Of a DNA stretch of 64,000 bases, positions 30,239 through 39,460 are shown in pieces. The notes under the pieces were generated by a model. It was not told where the DNA came from and did no database searches. It was given only the letters and a program-made list of their open reading frames with translations. Source of the DNA: Candidatus Multivorans sp. (lineage in GTDB: Bacteria; Acidobacteriota; Thermoanaerobaculia; Multivoradales; Multivoraceae); assembly GCA_965224025.1 (NCBI GenBank), contig OZ245033.1:2080001-2144000 (forward strand), given 5' to 3'. Position 1 is the stretch's first letter, and the number at the start of each line of letters is the position of its first letter. The translations under genes were made by a program, and so were the position numbers.

Positions 30239-30516
30239 ATCGCGCAACCTGCGCTGCCAACAAGGAACCCCTACCCGTTTGTTCCATGCAAGCTTGCGCC
30301 GCAGGAACGCAACGAAGTGATTCCTGAGGCGCAAGATCCTGGTGAGGACGGGATGGGGCGAAATCCCCAGCCTGCGAGGCGTTTCGGGGCGGTACCCAAG
30401 CGGGGCTTGAGCTCCGGTAGCATGTTCGCCGATTCAGGGAGCGCCGTGAACGAGAACCGCCATAGCCCCGTCCGTCCGGCCCGACTCCCGCCGGAACTCA
30501 GTACCGGGTTGGCGCC

Positions 30517-32418
30517 ATGACGAGTCGCGAGCGGCCGCTGCCGCCGACCGCGCCGGAGTCGCTGATGGCTCGCCGCGTACTAGTGCTGGCGCCCCACTAC
30601 GACGACGAAGTGCTGGGCTGCGGCGGCCTTATCCTGCAGCTGGCCGCGGGCGGCGCAAAGGTCGTGTGTGCCTTCATGAGCGACGGTTCGGGCGGCGTGG
30701 AAGGACCGACGGAGGGGTCGACGAGAGAGCAGTACTCGAAGCGGCGAAGGGGGGAAGCAGATGAGGCCGCCAAAGTACTCGGCATCGACAGCGTGGGGCA
30801 TCTGGGCTCGCGCCACGGTTTGATAGATGGCGCCCTGACCTCCTCCCTGGACCAACTGACCAGCCACATTGAGGCGTTGCTCCAGGAACACGAGCCGGAT
30901 CTGCTGCTGGCGCCCTCGCCTCTCGAAGTGACCCCCGATCATCAGGCGACGTTTCGCGCGCTGCACGAGGTTCTGATCAACCGCCGGCAAGGACGAACGG
31001 AAGGGGGCGAACCTCTTTCCAGCCAGGACGACGACTCGTCGCCCGGCGATCTGGCGCTGCGTGTTCTCTGCTACGAGGTGAACCACCCCTTCTACCCCGA
31101 CCTGCTCGTGGACGTGACGGCCGAGGTGGAGGGAGTCGCCGACGCGATGTCCCACTATCGAAGCCAATTGGAACGCCACGACTATCTCGCCGCGTGTCAA
31201 GGTCTCCGCCGCTTCAGGGCGCTCAGCCTGCCGGACCCATGCCGTTTCGCGGAGGGTTACTGCCAGTTGACTGCCAGCGACTTCACCACCCGAAGTCCGG
31301 CCCAACTGATCGCCTACCTGGGCGGGGCGCCTGCCCTGGTCGAAGTCACGTCGCCGCGCCGGGTGTCGATGGTGGTCCGAACCTACAACCGGCCGCGCCG
31401 ATTGGCGGAAGCACTGGACAGTCTGGCGCAGAGCACCTACCGCAACGTCGAGGTGGTTTTGGTGAACGACGGCGGCCGGCGCCCCGAAGTGGCGGAGGAC
31501 TTCCCCTTCGCGCTGCGTCGTGTCGACTTTGCGGCCAATCGAGGTCGTGCGGCCGCGGCCCAGGCGGGTGTCGAGGCGGCGACGGGCGATTGCGTCGGTT
31601 TCCTGGACGACGATGACCTGCTGACGCCGGAACACTTGGAGAGTCTGACCGCGATGCTCAGCGGGGATGTCGACGTCGCCTACAGCGATGCGGCCGTAGT
31701 CTGCTACGAACCGAGTGCGAGCGGTTGGAGGGAGAGCAGTCGCCGCCTTCCCTACAGCCGGGACTTCGATCGGGACATCCTTCTACTCGACAACTACATT
31801 CCGTTCCATACCGTTCTGATGACCCGGGAGGCACTGAAGCGGGCGGGATCGTTCGATCTTCAGCTACCGATCTTCGAGGACTGGGACCTGCTGATCCGCT
31901 TGTCGCGCTCATCGAGCTTCGTCCACCTCGCCCGCACGACATGCGAGTACCGTCACTTCCTGGACGGTGCGGCGGCCGGCGCCTCTGGAGGTCATGCACT
32001 TGGCGGAGCGGCTTCCGCGCGCCCCGATTTTGAAACACTGAAGGCGAAGGTTCTGAACAAACATGCGGCCGACCTCGACGCGGACGCACTGGCGGGTGCA
32101 GTAACTCGGATGCGGCGTCAGGCCGTGCTGGCTGGCGAGGCGTCCCGCGCGCAGATTCTCACACGTCAGCAGGACCTGGAGCGGTTGCAGGCCCGTGAAC
32201 AGGAACTGGAGTCGTCGCATCGGGAACGCGGCGCCGAGATCGTGCGGTTGCAGGTCCGTGAGCGGGAACTGGAGTCGTCGCATCGGCAGTGCGAAGTCGA
32301 AGTCCTGAGGCTCTACGACCGTGAACAGGAGCTGCAGGCCGATGTCGAAGCCATGAAGGCGACCCGGGCCTGGCGGCTGCACGAGCGTCTCCAGAGATTC
32401 CGTGGTTCCGGTGACTGA
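30517..32418 (+). CDS. PIG-L/LmbE deacetylase + GT2 glycosyltransferase + C-terminal coiled coil fusion
   Basis: APHYDDE and PDH (PIG-L); VRTYNR, VNDGG, FLDDDD, EDWD (GT2); heptad-rich tail ending TRAWRL. Confidence 0.88.
   Translation: MTSRERPLPPTAPESLMARRVLVLAPHYDDEVLGCGGLILQLAAGGAKVVCAFMSDGSGGVEGPTEGSTREQYSKRRRGEADEAAKVLGIDSVGHLGSRHGLIDGALTSSLDQLTSHIEALLQEHEPDLLLAPSPLEVTPDHQATFRALHEVLINRRQGRTEGGEPLSSQDDDSSPGDLALRVLCYEVNHPFYPDLLVDVTAEVEGVADAMSHYRSQLERHDYLAACQGLRRFRALSLPDPCRFAEGYCQLTASDFTTRSPAQLIAYLGGAPALVEVTSPRRVSMVVRTYNRPRRLAEALDSLAQSTYRNVEVVLVNDGGRRPEVAEDFPFALRRVDFAANRGRAAAAQAGVEAATGDCVGFLDDDDLLTPEHLESLTAMLSGDVDVAYSDAAVVCYEPSASGWRESSRRLPYSRDFDRDILLLDNYIPFHTVLMTREALKRAGSFDLQLPIFEDWDLLIRLSRSSSFVHLARTTCEYRHFLDGAAAGASGGHALGGAASARPDFETLKAKVLNKHAADLDADALAGAVTRMRRQAVLAGEASRAQILTRQQDLERLQAREQELESSHRERGAEIVRLQVRERELESSHRQCEVEVLRLYDREQELQADVEAMKATRAWRLHERLQRFRGSGD
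32181..32337 (+). repeat. 63-bp (21-aa) tandem repeat, about 2.5 copies
   Basis: GCGGTTGCAGG..GAACTGGAGTCGTCGCATCGG at 32181 and 32244; third copy degenerate (RLYDREQEL). Confidence 0.85.
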
Positions 32419-32467
32419 CGGCTGGCTCGTTCGGGAACGAATGAGAGCGACTGGAGAATCGCCGTTG

Positions 32468-33724
32468 ATGCGTGTCGGTTTGGTGTGCAGCGAGGCGCTG
32501 GGAGAGCGCGCGGCCGGCATCGGCATCCGCTACGTGGAGATGGCGTGCCGTCTTCCGGATTTGGGATTCCATGTCGTGCTTGTGTCGCCGTGGCGCTCAG
32601 GGCAGTCGCCTGAGGTCAGGAGCGGGAAGGCTGAAGTGCGCAGGTTCGATTCCGCGCCGCTGTCCGAGCTGCTGGAGGGGTGTGACGTCGCGGTGGCTCA
32701 GGGACAGCTGGCCAACGACGTCCTCCACGAGCTACCCAATTTGCCTACAGCGGTCGATCTCTACGATCCGTTCCTGGTCGAGAACCTGACCCACTTCGAC
32801 ACCTTGGGCCTCGATCCCTACCGGAACGACCACCGGACTTGGGTCCATCAACTGTCTCGCGGCGACTTCTTTCTCTGTTCTTCGCCCGAGCAGCGGGCCT
32901 ACTACCTGGGCTTTCTGACCGCCCTGGGAAGGGTGAACCCACACCGCTACCGCGATGATCCAGGCCTTTCCGGCCTCATTGTCGAGGCGCCCTTTGGAGT
33001 ACCGGATCCGTTGCCCGACTATCGGCCGCTGTTGCCGCCCCGCGCACCGGGCGAACGGCGGCTGTTGTTCGGCGGTTTGTACGACTGGTACGACCCGGCG
33101 CCTCTGCTGGAGGCCTTCGCCTCGTTGTCCGACCCGAACGCGCGCCTGGTCTTCGTTCGGCAGCCCCCGGGCGCGCAGGCGCCGCAGCGGCTGCTGGCGG
33201 AAGTGGAGGCGCGAAGTCGGTGTCAGGATTCGGACCGTATCGGCTTCCTGGAGTGGGTTCCGTTCGAGCGGCGCTACGATCTGCTGCGGGATGTGGACGC
33301 ACTAGCGGCCTGCCATCAACCCGGACTGGAAACCGACCTGTCGCTGCGCACGCGGTTCGTCGATGCACTCGCGGTCGGCTGTCCGGTGCTGACCACCGAG
33401 GGCGGTACCGTGCCCCGCCTGCTGCGGGAATGGGACGCCGGCCTTGTGGCTCCGTGCGGCGATGTCGACGCGCTGAAGGCCGGTCTCGCGGAGCTGGTCG
33501 CTGGCGGGGCGGAGGTCGAGGCGCGAGCTCGGCGAGGTCGCGAGCGAGCCGTGGCGACCTTTTCCTGGGAACGCTGTCTGGCCCCCCTGGCGGCCTTCCT
33601 GGAGTCTCCTCGCGTTGATCCCACGAAGGAGGAATTCGCTTTCAGGCCAGAGGCAGCGGCCCCCGCCGACGAACTGGGCTTCCGGTTGCGGCGCTGGTTT
33701 CGGACGCGTCTGGCGGGGGCGTAG
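32468..33724 (+). CDS. Glycosyltransferase family 4 (GT-B)
   Basis: GIGIRY N-terminus, DLYDPF, SLRTRFVDALAVGCPVL, FSWERC; start could be 32411 or 32441. Confidence 0.8.
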   Translation: MRVGLVCSEALGERAAGIGIRYVEMACRLPDLGFHVVLVSPWRSGQSPEVRSGKAEVRRFDSAPLSELLEGCDVAVAQGQLANDVLHELPNLPTAVDLYDPFLVENLTHFDTLGLDPYRNDHRTWVHQLSRGDFFLCSSPEQRAYYLGFLTALGRVNPHRYRDDPGLSGLIVEAPFGVPDPLPDYRPLLPPRAPGERRLLFGGLYDWYDPAPLLEAFASLSDPNARLVFVRQPPGAQAPQRLLAEVEARSRCQDSDRIGFLEWVPFERRYDLLRDVDALAACHQPGLETDLSLRTRFVDALAVGCPVLTTEGGTVPRLLREWDAGLVAPCGDVDALKAGLAELVAGGAEVEARARRGRERAVATFSWERCLAPLAAFLESPRVDPTKEEFAFRPEAAAPADELGFRLRRWFRTRLAGA

Positions 33725-33738
33725 GCGACCGGCCGACG

Positions 33739-35091
33739 ATGAGTGGGCGTACCGTTGGTTGGAAGGGGATCGACAGCGTCGACGTGCTGGTGGTGAGCTG
33801 GAATGGCCGTCACCACCTGGAGACCTTGCTGCCGGCGCTTGAGGACCAGCGAGTTCCGGGCGTCGCGGTGAAAGTCAGGTTGTTCGACAACGGGTCGACC
33901 GACGGTACGGTGGCGTGGGTTCGATGCGCGCACCCGCGCGTGGATGTGCTGGCGAACCCGACCAATATCGGCTTCAGTGCCGCGAACAATCGACTGGCAG
34001 AGCAGAGCAGCGCGAGCGCGCTGGCGCTGGTCAACAACGACGCCCGGCCGCGGTCGGACTGGCTAGCCGAGCTGGTCATGGCGTTACGCGAGGCGCCGGC
34101 TGATGTCGCCGCGCTTTCTGGCTGCATCGTCGACTGGGAGGGTACCCGGCTGGACTTTGGCCGGGGCGTGATGACCTTCGACGGCCACGCGTTCCAACTC
34201 GACTACCACCGGCCCCTGGCAGAGGTCGAGATGCCGAAAGAGGGCAGCGAGTCGCTGTTTCCATGTGGCGGGAACATGATCGTCCGTCGTGACGCCTACC
34301 TGGCGGCAGGCGGTTTCGACGAGGCGTACTTCGCCTACCTGGAGGATGTCGATCTCGGTTGGCGCTTGTGGGCGGCTGGTGAGCGGGTGCTGTCCGTGCC
34401 GGGGGCAGTCGTGCATCATCGCTCGATGGCCACCAGCAAGCTGCTTGGGAACGCCAACCGGGGACTGCTCTTCGAGCGCAACGCCTATCTCACCGTGTTC
34501 AAGAACTACGATGCTGAACTGTGGCCGCGGCTGATGCCGGTCGTGCAAATGACGATGCTCGCCCGCGTCCAGCACTTGCTCGCCTACTGCAATCCCCACG
34601 GTCAGAAGTTGGCCGTCGACCCGTACAGCGTTCCGGCGGACGGGTTGGGCGGTGCGCCCACCGGGATTGTCGCCAAGGCCGGCGACGGTGGTGCGAGGCA
34701 GCGGCCGATCGTCGGCTCTGGACCGCGCGATGCCTGGGAGCGGCTGCGGTCCGTCGTCGCGCTTCGCACGAGACTCAGACGGTTCGCGCGGCCGCACGGT
34801 GGGCTGCCCGACGGCGTGCCTGCCATTGTCGACGAGCAGACTGTGGCTCAGGTGCGGGCGCTGTCTTCGATCGTCCGCGGACTGGACAGCGCGGTGGAAC
34901 GCCGTCACCGGATTCAGGCCAAACGGCGGCGGCCGGACGGTGAAATCTTCGAGCGTTTTCCGCTCTATCTGGTGCCGACCTATCCGGGCGACGAGCAGTT
35001 GTTCGAGAGCGTCGGTTTCGAGTCATTGTGGCCGGAAGGGCTGAAGTTGGTCCGTCGCAGCCTTGAGGAGGTCATGGACGTGGCGCGGTGA
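33739..35091 (+). CDS. Glycosyltransferase family 2
   Basis: VVSWNG, DNGSTDG, NIGFSAANN, VNND, FAYLEDVDLGWR. Confidence 0.9.
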   Translation: MSGRTVGWKGIDSVDVLVVSWNGRHHLETLLPALEDQRVPGVAVKVRLFDNGSTDGTVAWVRCAHPRVDVLANPTNIGFSAANNRLAEQSSASALALVNNDARPRSDWLAELVMALREAPADVAALSGCIVDWEGTRLDFGRGVMTFDGHAFQLDYHRPLAEVEMPKEGSESLFPCGGNMIVRRDAYLAAGGFDEAYFAYLEDVDLGWRLWAAGERVLSVPGAVVHHRSMATSKLLGNANRGLLFERNAYLTVFKNYDAELWPRLMPVVQMTMLARVQHLLAYCNPHGQKLAVDPYSVPADGLGGAPTGIVAKAGDGGARQRPIVGSGPRDAWERLRSVVALRTRLRRFARPHGGLPDGVPAIVDEQTVAQVRALSSIVRGLDSAVERRHRIQAKRRRPDGEIFERFPLYLVPTYPGDEQLFESVGFESLWPEGLKLVRRSLEEVMDVAR

Positions 35092-36068
35092 CCCGTCCGC
35101 CAGACTGGAGTGTCGTCATCCCGACATTCAACCGCCTTCCCGCGCTCAAGGAGGTTCTTGAGGCGTTGGACGGTCAGGAGGGGCCAAGATTCGAAATCAT
35201 CGTGGTGAACGACGGCAGTACCGACGGCACAGCCGTCTGGCTGGACGAATGTGCGGCTGTCCGCCACGGCGCCGTGCCCGGGCTGCGGGTCATCCACCAG
35301 CAGAACCAGGGGCCGGCTGTAGCGCGGAATCGAGGGGTGACGGCGGCGCGAGGGCGGTGGGTGGCCTTTCTTGGTGACGACACTGTCCCCGCGCCGGGAT
35401 GGTTGGCCGCGCACGACTGCGTCCAGAATGAAGATCTCGCCTGCTCTGTTCGGGCCTCGGGCGGCTGCGTCGGAGTCATCGGTCGTACGGACTGGCACCC
35501 GCGCATGCGCCGCACCCCGTTCCTCGACTACATCAACGAGCAGGGCCTCCAGTTCGGATTCGCCCTGATCGAGGACGAGGACAACGTGCCGTTCAACTTC
35601 TTCTACACGTCGAACCTGTCGGTCGACCAAGAGGCGATGGCCTCCGAGCCGTTTGATCCGGCATTTCCTTTCGCGGCCTGGGAGGATGTCGAGGCGGGCT
35701 ACAGGCTCGCGACGCAGGGCCTGCGTCTGCTCTACCGGCCCGTGGCTCAGGTCGCACACGACCATCCGACCGATCTGGCGCGGTTCGCGGAGCGGCAGTA
35801 CCGATCGGGATACTCGGCGATCGTGTTCTTCCGGCGCCACGAACAACTCGGCCCCTTTCTGGGGATGCGGAACGGTAAGCCCCCTTCTGCGGGCGGCGTC
35901 GGGGAGCGAGCTCTGCTATGGGCCCAGGAGCGGCTGGCCCGCGCGTTGCAACGAATGCCGATCAGACTGCCCCGGCTTTGGGAGAACACGATGAGACATC
36001 ACTATCTGGAAGGACTGAGGAACGGCTGGTCCGATGGCGTCGGTCTGGACCCGGGAGGTACATCATGA
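35088..36068 (+). CDS. Glycosyltransferase family 2
   Basis: SVVIPTFNR, VNDGSTDG, GPAVARN, FLGDD, WEDVE. Confidence 0.9.
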   Translation: MTRPPDWSVVIPTFNRLPALKEVLEALDGQEGPRFEIIVVNDGSTDGTAVWLDECAAVRHGAVPGLRVIHQQNQGPAVARNRGVTAARGRWVAFLGDDTVPAPGWLAAHDCVQNEDLACSVRASGGCVGVIGRTDWHPRMRRTPFLDYINEQGLQFGFALIEDEDNVPFNFFYTSNLSVDQEAMASEPFDPAFPFAAWEDVEAGYRLATQGLRLLYRPVAQVAHDHPTDLARFAERQYRSGYSAIVFFRRHEQLGPFLGMRNGKPPSAGGVGERALLWAQERLARALQRMPIRLPRLWENTMRHHYLEGLRNGWSDGVGLDPGGTS

Positions 36069-37006
36069 AAGGGCGCGGGTGCTACAGGCTGATCCGTCGG
36101 GGGTCGGCGCCGGCGGTTGCCGTCTTGTTTGGCTTCGGGTTGGCCGGGGGCGCGGAGGCGACTCCGGGCGGGCAAGGCCGCGTGGCCTCCGTCGCTCGTG
36201 CGGTTGCGGTCTCGGTACCGGTCGGTCTCGAAGCCCGCGACCGCGGCGAACGCCGGGAAGGCACCCGTGACGGACGCCGCAACCGCTCGCGGGTCGTCTA
36301 CCGTCCCTACTACGGTTCGTTCGGGTATGGCGGCTTCGGTTCCTTCTGGCCCTACTACTTCTCGCCCTACGCCTTCGGCCGGTACGGTCCCTATGCTTGG
36401 GGGCCGGGTCCGGTCGGCTTTGCTGTGCCGAACGCGGGCGCGCTGGATATCAACACGAGACCCAAGAAAGCGTCGGTCTACCTCGATGGCGAACTGGTCG
36501 GGCGCGTCGATTCGTTCGACGGCTTCCCTCGCTATCTCTGGTTGCGTGAGGGCAGCTACCGGTTGGCGATCTTCATGGAGGGTCATGAGACCCTCGAACG
36601 GAACATCAGCGTTCGCCCGGGCGTGGTGATCAAGATCGACGAAGATCTGGCGCCGGGTCACGCTGTTCAGCCGCAGCCGGCCGCGCCCGAACCTGTCGCC
36701 GAACGGACTGCGCCTGCCGGTGAGTCCTGGAGGGTCGAGAACCGCGGCCAGCCGATCGAGCAGGATCAGCGTAGCGAGCCGGCGCGCCTGATGGTCGAAG
36801 TGCAGCCCGCCGACGCGGTCGTGTACCTGGACGGGCGGCTGCTGGGTAGCGGCGCCCAACTCGCGAATCTCCATTCGCCTCTGATCATCGACCCGGGCGC
36901 CCACCGCATGGAGGTGACACGCCCCGGCTACGCGTCCGCGGTGCGCGCGTTCGAGGCCACCAAGGGCGAAGACGTGTCGCTGCGCATCGAACTCCGGCAG
37001 GAGTGA
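36065..37006 (+). CDS. Secreted PEGA-domain protein
   Basis: Signal peptide, G/Y/P-rich segment, two PxxAxVYLDG repeats. Confidence 0.8.
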   Translation: MKGRGCYRLIRRGSAPAVAVLFGFGLAGGAEATPGGQGRVASVARAVAVSVPVGLEARDRGERREGTRDGRRNRSRVVYRPYYGSFGYGGFGSFWPYYFSPYAFGRYGPYAWGPGPVGFAVPNAGALDINTRPKKASVYLDGELVGRVDSFDGFPRYLWLREGSYRLAIFMEGHETLERNISVRPGVVIKIDEDLAPGHAVQPQPAAPEPVAERTAPAGESWRVENRGQPIEQDQRSEPARLMVEVQPADAVVYLDGRLLGSGAQLANLHSPLIIDPGAHRMEVTRPGYASAVRAFEATKGEDVSLRIELRQE

Positions 37007-37032
37007 CGCCAGCCGGCGGTTCGCGAGGCCAA

Positions 37033-37086
37033 GAACCGGCCAAGAACCGCATCCGCTTGGACATAGAGAAGTTGCCATGCTACCAT
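37033..37086 (+). promoter_or_regulatory. Putative sigma70 promoter of ogt with adjacent GAAC-N7-GAAC (LexA-box-like)
   Basis: GAAC 37033 and 37044; TGGACA(37058)-N17-TACCAT(37081) with TGn extension. Confidence 0.5.
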
Positions 37087-37094
37087 GATTTGTT

Positions 37095-37664
37095 GTGGCC
37101 CAAGAAATCGTGAGGCCTGCGCAGGCGCCGGTCGGTGCGCCGGCTTGGCCTGCGGCGCGCACGGTTGAGCCACTCCGGGTCCTGATCCCTTCACCGCTCG
37201 GTTCCTTGGGGCTTGAGTTCGTGGGTCGGCTCGTGATTCGTCTGGTCATTGATCCGGCGGATGCGGAGAAGGCGCTGTTCCCCTCGCTCGGCGTGGTGCA
37301 GACGACCGACTTCATCGACGAGGCGCTGGGCAGGCTGTCCGAGTACTTGGCCGGCGCGCGGCGAAACCTCGATCTGCCCTACGACCTCGACCGGATCGGA
37401 TTGGACGCCCTCTCGCGCCGGATCTTCCAGGAGACGGCGCGGATTCCCTACGGTTTGACCCGCACCTACCGCAACGTGGCGACTTCATCCGGCCGGACCG
37501 GGGCGTATCGGCTGATCCGGTCGAAGCTGATGGCCAACCCGTTGCCGATCCTGGTGCCGTGCCACCGTGTCGTGCCGCGCCGGAGCGGCCCGGGTTCCTA
37601 CATCGGCGGCGCGGAACGCAAGGCCCAGCTACTCGCCCTGGAGCGGAGCAACACTGCCGGCTAA
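37095..37664 (+). CDS. ogt: Methylated-DNA--protein-cysteine methyltransferase
   Basis: IPYGLTRTY and NPLPILVPCHRV active site. Confidence 0.92.
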   Translation: MAQEIVRPAQAPVGAPAWPAARTVEPLRVLIPSPLGSLGLEFVGRLVIRLVIDPADAEKALFPSLGVVQTTDFIDEALGRLSEYLAGARRNLDLPYDLDRIGLDALSRRIFQETARIPYGLTRTYRNVATSSGRTGAYRLIRSKLMANPLPILVPCHRVVPRRSGPGSYIGGAERKAQLLALERSNTAG

Positions 37665-38585
37665 CTTTCTGGCATCCTCCCAGATCCCCTCGAGAGCCTG
37701 ATCGAAACCGCGCCGCGGATTCCAACCCAAGCCACCGAGACGGCGCCCGTCACCGCAGAGGACGGGAACGTCCGCGGGCCGCAGGCGGTCGGAATCCTCG
37801 CGGATTTCGGTCTCGACGCCGCTGATCTCAATCAGTCGCCGGAGCGCCGCGGCCACTTCGATCGCTTCGCCGCGGGCGATGTTGTAGGCGCGGCCCGGTT
37901 CGCCGCGCTCGACGAGGATGGCGTAAGCCGCGGCGCCGTCGTCGACGTGGATGAAATCGCGGCGTGAAGTCAGGTTGCCGACACGAAGCACGGGTTCCCT
38001 GCGCCCGGCCTCGATCTCCGCAAGCTGGGCGGCGAAGGAGGGCAGCGCGAACTGCACGCTCTGGCCGGGGCCGATCAGGTTGAAGGAACGCGCGGCGATG
38101 GCGCCCTGACCGAGGGTCAGCCGCTCTACGGCGGCCTTGGTCACCGCATACGGAGACCGGGGGCGGAGGGGCCGCTCCTCCCCGACGGGGAGTTCGCCCT
38201 CGGGGACCCGGCCGTAGACTTCGGCGCTCGAGGCGACGATCAGGCGGCACGAGTCGGAGATTGCCCGCGCCGCGGCGGCCACGACCTCGGAGCCCTCGAC
38301 GTTGACCCGGTAGTAGTCCTCGATTCGCTGCCAGGAGGCGCCGACGTCCGAAAGCCCGGCGAGGTGCACCACCGCGTCCGGCGCCTGCTCCCCCAAGACC
38401 CGTTCCACCGCGCCGCGGTCGCAGATGTCGAGTTCCACCCAGTCGCACCTGTCGTGCGGCTGCGTAGAGGCCGGGGCGGCGCCGGGGCCGTGGCAGGCGA
38501 TGACGGCGGCGCCGCGTTCGAGCAACCGGGGCACGAGGCGCCCGCCGACGAAGCCCTCCGCGCCGGTCACGAGAACGCGGGTCAT
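37629..38585 (-). CDS. NDP-sugar SDR, GDP-4-keto-6-deoxymannose reductase (Rmd)/Gmd-like
   Basis: VLVTGAEGFVG, SSAEVYG, SPYAVTK, GNLTSRRDF, RLRPAD. Confidence 0.85.
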   Translation of the reverse strand: MTRVLVTGAEGFVGGRLVPRLLERGAAVIACHGPGAAPASTQPHDRCDWVELDICDRGAVERVLGEQAPDAVVHLAGLSDVGASWQRIEDYYRVNVEGSEVVAAAARAISDSCRLIVASSAEVYGRVPEGELPVGEERPLRPRSPYAVTKAAVERLTLGQGAIAARSFNLIGPGQSVQFALPSFAAQLAEIEAGRREPVLRVGNLTSRRDFIHVDDGAAAYAILVERGEPGRAYNIARGEAIEVAAALRRLIEISGVETEIREDSDRLRPADVPVLCGDGRRLGGLGWNPRRGFDQALEGIWEDARKLAGSVAPLQGE

Positions 38586-39460
38586 GACTCGGCCTTGCCT
38601 TGCCGCAGGCGCTCGAAGTACTCGTCGAGACCGGGCCGCCAGCCCTCGACTTCGCGGTTCGTCAGAGCCTCAAACCTTGCCGTGTCCAGGACGGAGTACG
38701 CGGGCCGCACGGCCGGGCGGGTCAGCTCAGAGGACAAGGTAGGAGTGATTGGCACGTTCAGTCCCAGAGCATCGGCGATGGCGTCGGCGAAACCGTGCCA
38801 GGACGTCGCCGGCGTATTGCAGTAGTGGACGATACCGGAGGCGCCGGCGGCCGCGAGATCGACCAGCGCCCGCGCGAGGTAGGGGGCGTAGGTGGGGCAG
38901 CCGACCTGATCGGACACTACCCGCGGGGCCTTGCCCTGGCCGATGCGCGAAGCGATCGCCGAAACGAAGTTCCGACCCTCGGGGCCGAACACCCAGCTCG
39001 TGCGGACGACGAGACCGCCGGCGTCCAGAACACCCCGCTCGCCGCGGAGCTTCGAACGGCCGTAAACGGTCTGCGGCGCGGTGGCGTCACCCTCGCGGTA
39101 GGGCCGCCGGCCGCGGCCGTCGAACACATAGTCGGTGGAAACGTGGATCAGGCGGCAGTCGGAAGGCAAAGCCGCCGCCAGCCGCTCAGGCGCTCTGCCG
39201 TTGACCTCCATGGCCAGATCCAGGTTGCTCTCGCAGCCGTCGACATCGGTGTACGCCGCGCAGTTGTAGACGGCGCGGGTGCCGAACCGTGCGGCGAGTG
39301 CGGCGGTCCCCTCCGTATCGCAGAGGTCCGCGCGGCCACGGCCGACGGCGAGGACTTCCGTGCCACGCCGCCGAAGTTCGTCGGCGACCTCGCGTCCGAG
39401 CTGGCCTGCCGCCCCCAGCACGACGGCCTTGGGAGCGCCGCCGCCGGGGCCTTTGATCAC
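38582..39460 (-). CDS. rfbD: dTDP-4-dehydrorhamnose reductase
   Basis: GAAGQLG, NCAAYTDVD, STDYVFDG, YGRSK, DQVGCPT, RPAYSVL. Confidence 0.95.
   Translation of the reverse strand: MIKGPGGGAPKAVVLGAAGQLGREVADELRRRGTEVLAVGRGRADLCDTEGTAALAARFGTRAVYNCAAYTDVDGCESNLDLAMEVNGRAPERLAAALPSDCRLIHVSTDYVFDGRGRRPYREGDATAPQTVYGRSKLRGERGVLDAGGLVVRTSWVFGPEGRNFVSAIASRIGQGKAPRVVSDQVGCPTYAPYLARALVDLAAAGASGIVHYCNTPATSWHGFADAIADALGLNVPITPTLSSELTRPAVRPAYSVLDTARFEALTNREVEGWRPGLDEYFERLRQGKAES

Larger units (their letters stand above)
28720..30292 (+). mobile_element. IS110-family element, copy 1 (left boundary approximate)
   Basis: Recombinase gene with about 200 bp non-coding left end; right end defined by TTTGTTCCATGCAAG shared with copy 2, ending 54 nt after the stop in both. 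Confidence 0.85.

Noticed and set aside
28724-30261. Sub-terminal inverted repeat GTTGGCCGCGC / GCGCTGCCAAC suggesting the IS1111 subgroup
   Set aside because: Not conserved in the right end of copy 2, and the long non-coding end is upstream, which fits the IS110 subgroup.
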